From a virus: a DNA stretch of 45,619 bases. The position numbers were made by a program, and so were the translations under genes. The notes under the pieces were generated by a model. It made no database searches. It saw only the letters and a program-made list of their open reading frames with translations, and was not told where the DNA came from. The stretch is from the IMG/VR virus record IMGVR_UViG_3300045988_128356; one strand, 5' to 3'. This document shows positions 25,052-34,827 of the stretch, piece after piece. Numbering within the stretch: the first letter of the stretch is position 1; each line of letters begins with the position of its first letter.

Positions 25052-25124
25052 ATTTAGAAAAGGGTCACTCACCAGTGGCTCTTTTTCTTTTACCCAAAAA
25101 CGAAACGAATGAGAGGTGGTGGTG

Positions 25125-25874
25125 ATGGCAAGGCCGAGAAGCCCAAACCGGGATAAAGCCTGTGAATTATGGCTGAAAAGTGGAAAGAAACGTCCACTGA
25201 AAGATATAGCGGCGGAGCTGAAAGTATCAGAGGAACAGATCCGCAAATGGAAGAATCAGGATAAGTGGGATAAAGTAACGTTACCAAATGCGAAAAGTAA
25301 CGTTACCAATCATAAAGGCGGGCAGCCGGGAAATAAGAATGCTGTCGGACACGGCGGCACCGGACCGCCGGGAAATAAGAATGCTGTCACTACGGGAGAG
25401 TTTGAAACTCTCTTTTTTGATACCCTGGAAGACGACGAGAGGCTGCTGATCGGCATGATCCAGCCAGATAAAGAGAAACTACTTTTTCAAGAGATCCAGC
25501 TCCTGACAGTCCGGGAGCGCCGGATGCTGAAACGAATTGAAGATTTGCGGGATTGCGATTTCACGACAGTTAAAAAGAAAAAGGGAACAGAAAAAGATAA
25601 ATGGACAGATTTAAAAGAGGATCAGGCAGTCCTGGGGCAGATCCAGTCCATTGAAGATGCATTGACCCGTGTCCAGGGCCGAAAGCAACGGGCTATTGAG
25701 TCCCTGCATAAATTTGGTTTTGATGATGCACGCCTGGAAATTGAACTTATGAAGGTGGAACTGGCAACTCTGAAAATCGGAGGCCAGGAAGCAGAGCAGG
25801 AAGATGATGGGTTCCTGGCAGCACTGAAAACAGAAGCCGAAAGTCTGTGGGAGGCAGGAGCCGATGACAATTAA
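25125..25874 (+). CDS. terS: Terminase small subunit
   Basis: N-terminal HTH (..LKDIAAELKVSEEQIRKWK..), duplicated GNKNAV motif, located directly upstream of terL. Confidence 0.75.
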   Translation: MARPRSPNRDKACELWLKSGKKRPLKDIAAELKVSEEQIRKWKNQDKWDKVTLPNAKSNVTNHKGGQPGNKNAVGHGGTGPPGNKNAVTTGEFETLFFDTLEDDERLLIGMIQPDKEKLLFQEIQLLTVRERRMLKRIEDLRDCDFTTVKKKKGTEKDKWTDLKEDQAVLGQIQSIEDALTRVQGRKQRAIESLHKFGFDDARLEIELMKVELATLKIGGQEAEQEDDGFLAALKTEAESLWEAGADDN

Positions 25875-27303
25875 AGAGCATATTGCCAGTATGAAGGAGA
25901 AACTGGCTCGGCTGAAAGAAAAGCGGGGAATTCTCACAAAAGTACAGACTTTCAAGTTCCAGCCATTTTCACAGAGACAGAAACAGATTCTTACCTGGTG
26001 GCTGCCCGAAAGCCCGGTGAAGGATTATGATGGCATTATTGCCGATGGTGCTATCCGATCAGGTAAAACCATCTGTATGTCTCTGTCATTTGTCTTCTGG
26101 GCGATGAGTGCATATAACGGTCAGAACTTTGCCATGTGCGGCAAGACCATTGGCTCCTTCCGGCGTAACGTTCTCTTTTGGCTGAAACTGATGCTAAAAA
26201 GTCGTGGATATCGGGTATCAGATCATCGGGCTGATAATCTGGTGGAAATCAGCCGCGGCCAGATAACGAACTACTTTTATATCTTTGGTGGCAAGGATGA
26301 GCGCAGCCAGGACCTGATTCAGGGTATCACACTGGCCGGCCTCTTCTGCGATGAGGTGGCCCTGATGCCGGAGTCCTTTGTCAACCAGGCAACCGGCCGG
26401 TGCTCGGTTACTGGTTCGAAGTACTGGTTTAACTGTAATCCGGACGGCCCATATCACTGGTTCAAGGTCAACTGGATTGATAAGGCCATCGGTTATCTTG
26501 GTAAGGAAAAAGTGGCAAAAATCCGGGAAGACGCAGCTAAGACAGGGGCTGATCCGGCGCTCAAGAAACTGCTGTATGTCCATTTTACGATGGATGACAA
26601 TCTGAGTTTATCGGAGGAGATTAAGGCCAGATACCGCAGTATGTATAGCGGGGTATTCTTCAAGCGGTATATCATGGGCCTGTGGGCAATGGCTGAGGGC
26701 ATTATCTATGATATGTTCGACCCTGCCCGAAATGCAACGGACACAGAAGCGCTGGCGGTGTCCTATAAGGCAAAGACAGGACATGATTTCTGGACAGATG
26801 AGCGGTACGTCAGCTGCGATTACGGAACCCAGAACCCTACGGCCTTCTTGCTGTGGAATAAGGCTGCCAATAAGAAATGGTACTGCCGGCGGGAATATTA
26901 CTACTCAGGCCGCGACAAAGGGAGGCAGAAGACGGATAAGGAGTTCTCCGATGACCTGACAGCCTGGCTTGACGGTATTGCAATTAAGGCAGTTATTCTG
27001 GATCCGGCAGCTGCCAGCTTTAAGGCTCAGCTGGAGAAGGACGGTTATAAAGTAAAAAAAGCAAAAAATGATGTTTTGGACGGAATCCGGTTCGTGGCCA
27101 CGCTGCTGCTTCAGGGTTCCATTTTTATTGATTCCTCCTGTGACAACCTGATTAAGGAATTTGCTTCCTACATCTGGGATGCGAAAGCCGGGGAGCGCGG
27201 AGAGGATAAACCAGTAAAGGAACACGACCATGCATTAGATGCTCTGCGGTATTTCTGCATGAGCATAATTAAGAATCGAACAGGGATCCGAATTATGAAA
27301 TAG
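25864..27303 (+). CDS. terL: Terminase large subunit
   Basis: Walker A GAIRSGKT, ..LFCDEV.. Walker B-like motif, C-terminal nuclease region. 479 aa. Confidence 0.9.
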   Translation: MTIKEHIASMKEKLARLKEKRGILTKVQTFKFQPFSQRQKQILTWWLPESPVKDYDGIIADGAIRSGKTICMSLSFVFWAMSAYNGQNFAMCGKTIGSFRRNVLFWLKLMLKSRGYRVSDHRADNLVEISRGQITNYFYIFGGKDERSQDLIQGITLAGLFCDEVALMPESFVNQATGRCSVTGSKYWFNCNPDGPYHWFKVNWIDKAIGYLGKEKVAKIREDAAKTGADPALKKLLYVHFTMDDNLSLSEEIKARYRSMYSGVFFKRYIMGLWAMAEGIIYDMFDPARNATDTEALAVSYKAKTGHDFWTDERYVSCDYGTQNPTAFLLWNKAANKKWYCRREYYYSGRDKGRQKTDKEFSDDLTAWLDGIAIKAVILDPAAASFKAQLEKDGYKVKKAKNDVLDGIRFVATLLLQGSIFIDSSCDNLIKEFASYIWDAKAGERGEDKPVKEHDHALDALRYFCMSIIKNRTGIRIMK

Positions 27304-27305
27304 AG

Positions 27306-28745
27306 GTGAGAAAAATGGAAATGGAAGTTGTAAAAAAACTGATTAAGAAGTATACGGCGGGGCATGGTGCTTTTCTTGCCGAGGCGGATACTGCGGACCG
27401 GTATTACCGGAATCAGACGGATATCTTGCTGGAGCCGCCTAAGAAAAGAGAAGCAGAGCAAGGGGAGAACCCGCTGCGGAATGCAGATAACAGGATCCCC
27501 CTCAACTTCCACGGTCTCCTGGTCAATCAGAAGGCGTCCTATATGTTTACAGCGCCGCCTCTGTTCGATCTGGGCGATAAGGCATCTAATAAAGCATTGA
27601 CGGCGTTCCTGGGGGATAAGTATGCTAAGACTTGCAAGGATCTCTGTGTAGAGGCTTCCAACGCTTCTGTGGCATGGCTGCACCTATGGAAGGACAAAGC
27701 GAGCGGGCAGTATAAGTATGCCATAGTGCCATCAGGACAGGTGATTCCAGTGTGGAGCAATAATCTGGAGAGAGAGCTTAAAGGAGCATTACGCTGCTAT
27801 CACGATATCACAGACGACGGACAAGAACTGGACGTCTACGAATACTGGAATGATACGATCTGTCAGGCGTACGCAATTGAAGCTGGGGGCGTAATTGACA
27901 CCGGGCTGATGCCGTACAATTCGTTTACACTGATCGACACGGCAGGAAACAGCAACCTGGTTAACGAGTTTAAGCATGATGTCGGTGAGGTTCCTTTCTT
28001 CCCATTCTTCAACAACAACATTGACACGGGCGATCTGGACAACATCAAGCCACTGATCGACGTGTACTGCAAGGTGTTCAGCGGTTTCGTCAATGACCTA
28101 GAAGATATTCAGGAAGTTATTTTTGTGCTTACCAACTATGGTGGCGACGATCTGGGCCAGTTCCTCCGGGAACTGAAGGACTACAAAGCAATTCAGATCG
28201 AGAATGAAGGCGGGGAGGACAAGTCGGGAGTTTCCACCCTAACGATTGAGCTGCCGGTGGAGGCCCGCAAGGAGCTGCTGGCTACGACCCGGAAATGTAT
28301 TTTTGAACAGGGGCAGGGTATTGATCCGGACCCGCAGAATTTTGGTAACAGCTCAGGCGTGGCCCTGGGCTTTTTATATTCCCTCCTGGAGCTTAAATCA
28401 GGCCTGATGGAGACAGAATTTAAACTGGGCTTTGGCCGGTTTATCCGGTGCGTCTGCCGGTTACTGAATATCAAGATCAAAGACGACACAATCGTTCAGA
28501 CATGGACACGTACCAGTGTCAAGAATGATCTGGAGCTCTCCCAAATTGCCCAGCAGTCAAGGGGAGTGATCTCTGATGAGACTATCGTATCAAAACACCC
28601 GTGGGTCGAGGATCCGGAAAAAGAAATGGATATCCTCAATAAGCAGAAGGAAGTAGAAACAGAGGCCCACCGGGAGATCTCCGAGATGTTCCCTTCTGCG
28701 GATCCGGACGAAAAGGCCCCAGGTGGCAAGGGCGGTGATGAGTAA
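27306..28745 (+). CDS. Portal protein (SPP1 gp6-like)
   Basis: Size, position after terL, and acidic C-terminus. Confidence 0.8.
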   Translation: MRKMEMEVVKKLIKKYTAGHGAFLAEADTADRYYRNQTDILLEPPKKREAEQGENPLRNADNRIPLNFHGLLVNQKASYMFTAPPLFDLGDKASNKALTAFLGDKYAKTCKDLCVEASNASVAWLHLWKDKASGQYKYAIVPSGQVIPVWSNNLERELKGALRCYHDITDDGQELDVYEYWNDTICQAYAIEAGGVIDTGLMPYNSFTLIDTAGNSNLVNEFKHDVGEVPFFPFFNNNIDTGDLDNIKPLIDVYCKVFSGFVNDLEDIQEVIFVLTNYGGDDLGQFLRELKDYKAIQIENEGGEDKSGVSTLTIELPVEARKELLATTRKCIFEQGQGIDPDPQNFGNSSGVALGFLYSLLELKSGLMETEFKLGFGRFIRCVCRLLNIKIKDDTIVQTWTRTSVKNDLELSQIAQQSRGVISDETIVSKHPWVEDPEKEMDILNKQKEVETEAHREISEMFPSADPDEKAPGGKGGDE

Positions 28746-30346
28746 TGGGCTATTGGCAGACACGACAAGAAGCCATATACAAAGCGGGAGAGATGCAGGT
28801 AAACCAATACTATGCAAAACTGGAGAAAGCCTTTAATCAGACGCGCCGCGAACTGCAGAAGACCATAGAAGCTTTCTACTTCGAATACGCGGAAGAGAAT
28901 GGCCTTTCTTATGCAGCGGCACAACGCCAGTTATCTATGGCAGAGATAGGTAATCTGCGGGACTTTATTGATTTGGCCATGGAAAACATCGGGAAGTATA
29001 ATCAGACTGTCAACAACATGTCTATCAAGGCCAGAATCACACGGTATCAGGCGCTTGAAACACAGGTGGACGCTATGCTCCGTCAGTTGTATGCGGTTGA
29101 TTACCAGGCTGCGGCAGAGCAGACCATGAAGGAGGTCTATAAGGATACCTATTACCGAACATGGTATAGCATCGATCAGTACCATGGCTTTCACGCTGCA
29201 TTCGCCCAGGTAGATCCACACGCGGTGGAGAAGCTGCTGGAGTACCCTTTCAACGGCGCCAGTTTTTCCAGCCGGCTCTGGAAACAGAAGGATCATCTTA
29301 AGACCCAACTCATGGAATCGCTCACAACCATGATGGTCCAGGGGAAGAGTCCGCAGGCCCTGACCAATGACTTTGCCAAAAAGATGAATGCTAAAAAGTT
29401 CGATGCTTACCGGCTGCTTCATACGGAGAGCTCCTTCCTGATGAGCGAGGCCACCCATGCGGGGTATAAAGAGGACGGTGTGGAGAAATATCAGATTCTG
29501 GCCACGTTGGACAGTAAGACCTGCGAGATCTGCGGGGAAAAAGACGGTGAGGTCTACGAGGTGGGGAAAGAGATTACTGGCGAGAACATGCCGCCGTTCC
29601 ACTGTTTCTGCCGCTGTACCGATGTGCCCTATTATGATGATGATGATCTGACCGGTGAGACACGGGCAGCCAGGGACCCGGAGACAGGGAAGACCGTGGA
29701 GGTTCCAGCAGATATGACCTATAAAGAATGGAAACAGAAGTATGCAGAAGACAAAACAGTAGGAAAACAGGAAAAAACAGAGTATCTGGTCAGAAATAAC
29801 AAGGCGGCTGGAAATACAACAAGGGAAAGATTGACAGCCAATGAGGCGATTGCATCAGTTCCACCAAAGGTACAGAAGCAGATCCACTCAGGCACGGTCA
29901 TTGATGTCGGCCAGATTGGCTCTAGCCAGTATGACTATACTCGTGATATACTGTATGTGGCAAAAGGAGCGGAAACAGAAGATGTTGTTCATGAAATAGG
30001 GCATCTGGTAGAGAATAAGATGATGGACTTCGAGAAAATATCTCAGATCAGGAAAAAGGTAATAGGTGAAGTTGATATTTGGGATATAAAAACGGAGACC
30101 TATTATGATAATGAGGGAAATCCAGTCGATATATTTCTATTGGAAAAAGATGGGCTTGTATCTCCGTATCAAGGGAGGATATATGCCGAAACGGTATGGG
30201 ACGCATTTGATAGCGAGGGTAACTTTCGTGATGAATTGATGATGGAGTTTGTGTCAGAGCCGTTCCGGGAATATATTGCAAATCCAGAAATGGTTAAAAG
30301 CAAATGTCCAGAGCTCTATGATTTAATTGAGGAGGCGGTGAAATGA
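28745..30346 (+). CDS. MuF/SPP1 gp7-like minor head protein fused to a C-terminal HExxH metallopeptidase-like domain
   Basis: MuF signature ..LDSKTCEICGEKDGEVYEV..PPFHCFCRCT.., then about 200 extra residues containing VVHEIGHLVE. Confidence 0.75.
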   Translation: MGYWQTRQEAIYKAGEMQVNQYYAKLEKAFNQTRRELQKTIEAFYFEYAEENGLSYAAAQRQLSMAEIGNLRDFIDLAMENIGKYNQTVNNMSIKARITRYQALETQVDAMLRQLYAVDYQAAAEQTMKEVYKDTYYRTWYSIDQYHGFHAAFAQVDPHAVEKLLEYPFNGASFSSRLWKQKDHLKTQLMESLTTMMVQGKSPQALTNDFAKKMNAKKFDAYRLLHTESSFLMSEATHAGYKEDGVEKYQILATLDSKTCEICGEKDGEVYEVGKEITGENMPPFHCFCRCTDVPYYDDDDLTGETRAARDPETGKTVEVPADMTYKEWKQKYAEDKTVGKQEKTEYLVRNNKAAGNTTRERLTANEAIASVPPKVQKQIHSGTVIDVGQIGSSQYDYTRDILYVAKGAETEDVVHEIGHLVENKMMDFEKISQIRKKVIGEVDIWDIKTETYYDNEGNPVDIFLLEKDGLVSPYQGRIYAETVWDAFDSEGNFRDELMMEFVSEPFREYIANPEMVKSKCPELYDLIEEAVK

Positions 30347-30540
30347 GTCTGAAAGAAGAATTGTTAAAAATCACCACATATGAGGAGTTCGACAGACGCA
30401 GAGAAGAATTTCGCGGGTTAAAGATGGATGAAGATGTAAAGAACCATCTTTCCAAGATCTTTCCAAAGTGTTATGTAGGGAAGGAAGAACTCTATAAGAC
30501 ACAGCCACAGCCAGGGAAAAAGAAAATCATAGGCCGTTGA
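30343..30540 (+). CDS. 65-aa protein translationally coupled to the MuF-HExxH gene (candidate immunity/partner protein)
   Basis: ATGA stop/start overlap; a hairpin terminator follows. Confidence 0.45.
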   Translation: MSLKEELLKITTYEEFDRRREEFRGLKMDEDVKNHLSKIFPKCYVGKEELYKTQPQPGKKKIIGR

Positions 30541-30550
30541 GTAAAGAGTG

Positions 30551-30581
30551 CCAGGGTTATAGATGCCCTGGTATTTTATTT
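30551..30581 (+). terminator. Hairpin terminator inside the head-gene cluster
   Basis: ccaggg-(9 nt)-ccctgg followed by tattttattt. Confidence 0.5.
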
Positions 30582-30738
30582 AGTGGTGAGGTAAGCACCA
30601 TTACTAAGTTATTAGCACGCAGGAATCTCCTGGGTGTTATTTTTTCGCCTTTTTTGGTATCCCAGGCGCAAAAGAGGGAGACATCACCGGACACGACCGG
30701 GAAAACAAGTGAAGATGAATCGAAAGGAGTAAGATGTC

Positions 30739-31332
30739 ATGAAGAAAGAAGAGTTAGTAGCAAAGGGATTATCGGAGGAGCACGCGCAGATCGTGATTGA
30801 TGCCTGGAATGAGGCTGTTAAAGGCTTTGTGCCGAAGGAGCGTTTCGATGAGGTAAATGGAAAGCTGAAGGAGGCCAATACCACAATCGAAACACTGAAA
30901 AAGGACAACTCAGAAAATGAGGAACTTCAGAAGCAGGTCAAAGAGTACAAGGAAAAGGTGACAGCCCTGGAAACTGCATCGGCCAATACAGTGAAGGAAT
31001 ACGCTTTGAAAGACAAGCTGAAAGAGGCTGGTGTGGTTGATGCTGATTACATCATTTACAAGCAGGGCGGGCTTGACAAGTTCACGTTTGACAAGGACGG
31101 GAAGCCGGTCGGAATCGACGATATTGTGAAGCCCCTGAAAGAATCCGCTCCCCATCTGTTTAAGGCAGATCCGGGACCAGACTATAAGCCGGCAGGAGGT
31201 GGAACTCCCCCTGCAAAGAATCCATTTGCAAAAGACAGCTTTAACCTGACAGAACAGGGGAAGCTGTTGAAAGAGAATCCGACACAGGCCCAGGCCCTGG
31301 CGGCCGCGGCCGGAGTAACCATCAACGTATAA
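30739..31332 (+). CDS. Scaffolding protein (Phage_GP20-like)
   Basis: MKKEELVAKGLSEEHAQIVIDAWNEAVKGFVPKERFDEVN.. coiled coil, located upstream of the capsid gene. Confidence 0.75.
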   Translation: MKKEELVAKGLSEEHAQIVIDAWNEAVKGFVPKERFDEVNGKLKEANTTIETLKKDNSENEELQKQVKEYKEKVTALETASANTVKEYALKDKLKEAGVVDADYIIYKQGGLDKFTFDKDGKPVGIDDIVKPLKESAPHLFKADPGPDYKPAGGGTPPAKNPFAKDSFNLTEQGKLLKENPTQAQALAAAAGVTINV

Positions 31333-31352
31333 GAAAGGGAACAGGTGATTAA

Positions 31353-32357
31353 ATGCCAGTAACAAGATTATCAGATGTTATCGTACCGGAGCTTTTCACG
31401 CCTTATGTCGTGAACCGGACTATGGAGTTATCCGCACTCTTCCAGAGCGGAATTATAACGAATAATGCAGAGTTTGACCGTCTGGCCAGTGAAGCAGCGC
31501 CGATCCACCAGATGCCATTTTTCGAGGATCTGAGCGGAGATTCTGAGGACATTATCGAGGATCAGGATCTGACTGCGAAGCAGATCACGTCTAACAAAGA
31601 TGTATCTACGACAGTGCGCAGGGCTAATATGTGGGCTGCCACAGATTTATCGGCTGCGCTTGCCGGCAGTGACCCGATGGCCGCCATTGGTGATCTGGTA
31701 GCGGGATATTGGGCGAGAGAGTACCAGAAGATTCTGATCCAGGTGCTTTCCGGAGTGTTCGGCAGCTATCAGACTACAACAGAACCAGCAGAGACCAAAA
31801 CACCACTTGCAGACCATATCCTGGACATTTCGGCAGCGGGTTCCGCCGCGGCTCAGAAGATCAGTGCCAGCGCTTTTATTGATGCTTTGCAGCTGCTCGG
31901 TGATGCCCAGGGACAGCTGACGGCTGTGGCCATGCACAGCGCCACAAAGGCTTTTCTGAAGAAAAATAACCTGATCGACACAGAACGGGATTCTACTGAT
32001 GTTGAGTTTGATACCTACCAGGGACGCCGGGTAATTGTGGATGATGGCTGTCCGGTCGCAGATGGCGTATATACCACCTATTTGTTTGGCCAGGGGGCAA
32101 TTGCATTCGGAAATGGTTCTCCCGTCGGCTTTGTTGCTACTGAAGTAGATCGAGACAAGAAGAAGGGATCCGGTGTAGATTACCTGATTAACCGTAAGAC
32201 GTTCATCATGCATGCACGTGGGATCAAATGGACTGACCTTGCCAGAGAGCATGTAGAGACTCCGACGAAGGCGGAACTGATGAATGCCATCAACTATGAA
32301 AGAGTCTATGAGCCGAAGCAGATCAGGATCGTTGCGTTTAAGCATAAGATCGGATAA
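31353..32357 (+). CDS. Major capsid protein
   Basis: 334 aa, positioned after the scaffold gene; RBS gggaacaggtg. Confidence 0.75.
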   Translation: MPVTRLSDVIVPELFTPYVVNRTMELSALFQSGIITNNAEFDRLASEAAPIHQMPFFEDLSGDSEDIIEDQDLTAKQITSNKDVSTTVRRANMWAATDLSAALAGSDPMAAIGDLVAGYWAREYQKILIQVLSGVFGSYQTTTEPAETKTPLADHILDISAAGSAAAQKISASAFIDALQLLGDAQGQLTAVAMHSATKAFLKKNNLIDTERDSTDVEFDTYQGRRVIVDDGCPVADGVYTTYLFGQGAIAFGNGSPVGFVATEVDRDKKKGSGVDYLINRKTFIMHARGIKWTDLAREHVETPTKAELMNAINYERVYEPKQIRIVAFKHKIG

Positions 32358-32370
32358 GGAGGTCTGACAT

Positions 32371-33285
32371 ATGGCAGTTAAGACAGTACAGGCCGTAATT
32401 AACGGTGTTACAACCACACTGACCTATAACAGTACCTCGAAGAAATATGAGGCCACAATTACAGCGCCGGCCACGTCGTCTTATAACAATAACGACGGGC
32501 ATTATTTTCCAGTGACGATCAAGGCCACGGACGAGGCCGGGAATGTGACCACAAAAAATGACACAGATGCCACACTCGGAAGCAGCCTGCAGCTCCGCGT
32601 AAAGGAGAAGACGGCCCCAGCTATTACAATCACATATCCGACGGCCAGTGCACTGATCATCAATAATAAGCCAGCGATTCGCTGGAAGGTTACAGATAAC
32701 GACTCTGGCGTCAATCCAGATACGATCGGTATTACCATTGACAGCGGCAGCAAGGTTACAGGCAGCGCCATTACAAAGACGGCCATCACTGGTGGATATG
32801 ATTGTACCTATACACCGACTACAGCCTTGGCAGATGGCAGCCACACAATTAAGATCGATGCGGCAGATAATGACGGGAATGCAGCTACTCAGAAGAGTGT
32901 CACCTTTAAGATCGATACAGTACCGCCGACACTGTCTGTCACGGCTCCGGTAAATGGTTTGATTACGAATAAGGCAGCCTGCACTGTAACCGGTACGACC
33001 AATGACATCACGTCCAGCCCGGTAACCGTGACGGTTAAGCTTAACAGCGGATCAGCAGAGGCCGTGACGGTAGGGGCCGATGGTTCCTTCAGCAAAGCTC
33101 TGACGTTGGTATCTGGCGGTAACACAATCACAGTTGTGGCGACAGACTCCGCGGGTAAGAGCACGACCGTAACCAGGACAGTGACACTCGATACCGTAGC
33201 CCCGACGATTAAGGCCGTGACGCTCACACCTAATCCGGTAGATGCCGGTAAGACTTATGTGATCAGCGTGGAGGTTACCGACTAA
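32371..33285 (+). CDS. Ig-like repeat protein (candidate head decoration/fibre)
   Basis: Repeated T/V-rich beta modules with ..DxAGN.. motifs (KATDEAGNVT, DAADNDGNAA, VATDSAGKST). Confidence 0.6.
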   Translation: MAVKTVQAVINGVTTTLTYNSTSKKYEATITAPATSSYNNNDGHYFPVTIKATDEAGNVTTKNDTDATLGSSLQLRVKEKTAPAITITYPTASALIINNKPAIRWKVTDNDSGVNPDTIGITIDSGSKVTGSAITKTAITGGYDCTYTPTTALADGSHTIKIDAADNDGNAATQKSVTFKIDTVPPTLSVTAPVNGLITNKAACTVTGTTNDITSSPVTVTVKLNSGSAEAVTVGADGSFSKALTLVSGGNTITVVATDSAGKSTTVTRTVTLDTVAPTIKAVTLTPNPVDAGKTYVISVEVTD

Positions 33286-33297
33286 GGAGGCAATGCC

Positions 33298-33621
33298 ATG
33301 GCAGTAGCACGTGTATTTGGCCTGGTAGATGGCGTAGAAGTAATACTACAGAAGGCAGATGAGGACCGGTGGAATGTGCCGGTCCCCTTTGATGCTGACG
33401 GAGAATATGTGGTGGAGGTGGTGGCCGAAGATGAAGCAGGAAACCAGACGTATCTTTCAAAGATGCTTTATACCGTAGATGCCGGAAATATCTGTATTCA
33501 CGCGCTGCCGCTTCCAAAGTATACGTTTGAGCTCCTTCAGGCGCCATATAAAATGGAGCCGCAGTTTACAGAGTATCTGTTTACACGATTGATTCCAAAA
33601 TGTCAGGAGGTGGCATTATGA
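33298..33621 (+). CDS. Hypothetical structural protein (Ig-like motif AEDEAGNQT)
   Basis: ORF; RBS aaggagg. Confidence 0.5.
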   Translation: MAVARVFGLVDGVEVILQKADEDRWNVPVPFDADGEYVVEVVAEDEAGNQTYLSKMLYTVDAGNICIHALPLPKYTFELLQAPYKMEPQFTEYLFTRLIPKCQEVAL

Positions 33622-33893
33622 TACGTTTTATTCTGGGCGAAGACAGACATGTAAAGTATTTCGTCCATTCTGTCAAATCAGAATACTTTGTTGTTAAAGA
33701 TGCCACCTATGAACTGATATATAATGGCGAAGTAGAGGCATCAGGCAGCTGTGAAGTGACCCAGGAGGAAGATGGAAGCGTTGTAGACGTGAAACTTCAG
33801 CCAACGTACCGGAGCAATCTTTACATATTGGAAATCACGTTGATGATTGCGGACGAGGTTATTAAGAACCGGGAGCAGATGGAGGTGGTCTGA
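33618..33893 (+). CDS. Hypothetical protein
   Basis: RBS caggaggtg before the ATG at 33618. Confidence 0.5.
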   Translation: MIRFILGEDRHVKYFVHSVKSEYFVVKDATYELIYNGEVEASGSCEVTQEEDGSVVDVKLQPTYRSNLYILEITLMIADEVIKNREQMEVV

Positions 33894-34144
33894 TGGCGGT
33901 GAGGATCGATGCTGTATCTTTGAGCAGAAATCCGGTTGCGGTCAATGAAAGCCTGATTGTGAGCGTGTCCATTGTAACACACGGATATCTGGGAAGGTCA
34001 ACTAATGCTGAATTAACTTCCTATACAAATGGACAGTTAAGGCTGAGGGGAGAATCTGTTCCAACTTATGCACAGCTTAAGAAATACCGCCAATCTGCTC
34101 TTCACAGTATGACCCATCAGAAGATCGAAACTATGGAGGTATAA
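33893..34144 (+). CDS. Hypothetical protein
   Basis: ATGA-coupled ORF. Confidence 0.45.
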   Translation: MAVRIDAVSLSRNPVAVNESLIVSVSIVTHGYLGRSTNAELTSYTNGQLRLRGESVPTYAQLKKYRQSALHSMTHQKIETMEV

Positions 34145-34145
34145 G

Positions 34146-34520
34146 ATGAATAGGAAAGAGATGCTGCAGACAGTAAAGCAAAATCTACGGCTTGGTACAG
34201 AAGACCATGATCTGATCATCTCGGATCTGATTCTGACAGTCTGTGATTACTGCAACCTAGATCCAGATTGCGTACCGGACATTCTGGAACCCTTTGTACG
34301 AAAAAAGGCGAAAGGAATTATTGACTACGAGGCCGTGGAGGGAAACGGATATAATCCGGAGATTGCAAGTATCAAGGAAGGCGATGGAAGCATTACCTGG
34401 GCGCAGACGGAGGGAAACACGAAGGCGAGTATCTATGGCCTGTCTGAGAGTGATAAGGCAGGTCTGAGGAGGCACAGGAGGCTGAGAGGATATGCGAAAC
34501 CCGTATGCAAGAATGTATGA
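34146..34520 (+). CDS. Head-tail connector (gp6-like adaptor)
   Basis: Position and the ..DHDLIISDLILTVCDYCNL.. pattern. Confidence 0.5.
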   Translation: MNRKEMLQTVKQNLRLGTEDHDLIISDLILTVCDYCNLDPDCVPDILEPFVRKKAKGIIDYEAVEGNGYNPEIASIKEGDGSITWAQTEGNTKASIYGLSESDKAGLRRHRRLRGYAKPVCKNV

Positions 34521-34827
34521 TGCAAAAATGGATGTGTACCGATGGACAGACGTCGAAATAGATGGTATCACGAAGCAGGTGAGAACAGCTGTGGCAACGG
34601 ATCGGCCCTGCCGGTACAGTTCTTCGGGTCAGGTATCCTCTGGTGCACCGAATCCGGCCATTGTGAACAGCCATAAGCTGTTCTGCGGCCTGGAGGAAGA
34701 CATCCGGGAAGGAGATCAGCTGCTGATCACACTCAGAACCGGAAAGACCATCGAGGCTGATTTGGGAGAGTGCCACCCGTATTCCTATCAGTGGCAGTGT
34801 GAAATAAAGAGAGATGATAATGCATGA
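34492..34827 (+). CDS. Head closure / head-tail joining protein
   Basis: Position and size; alternative start at 34513. Confidence 0.5.
   Translation: MRNPYARMYDAKMDVYRWTDVEIDGITKQVRTAVATDRPCRYSSSGQVSSGAPNPAIVNSHKLFCGLEEDIREGDQLLITLRTGKTIEADLGECHPYSYQWQCEIKRDDNA

Noticed and set aside
30537-30800. 87-aa ORF in the MuF-scaffold spacer
   Set aside because: It begins at the previous stop, contains the hairpin terminator, and overlaps the scaffold start out of frame. No RBS.
31647-32844. 256- and 168-aa minus-strand ORFs opposite the capsid and Ig-like genes
   Set aside because: Same reasoning: antisense shadows of well-supported structural genes.
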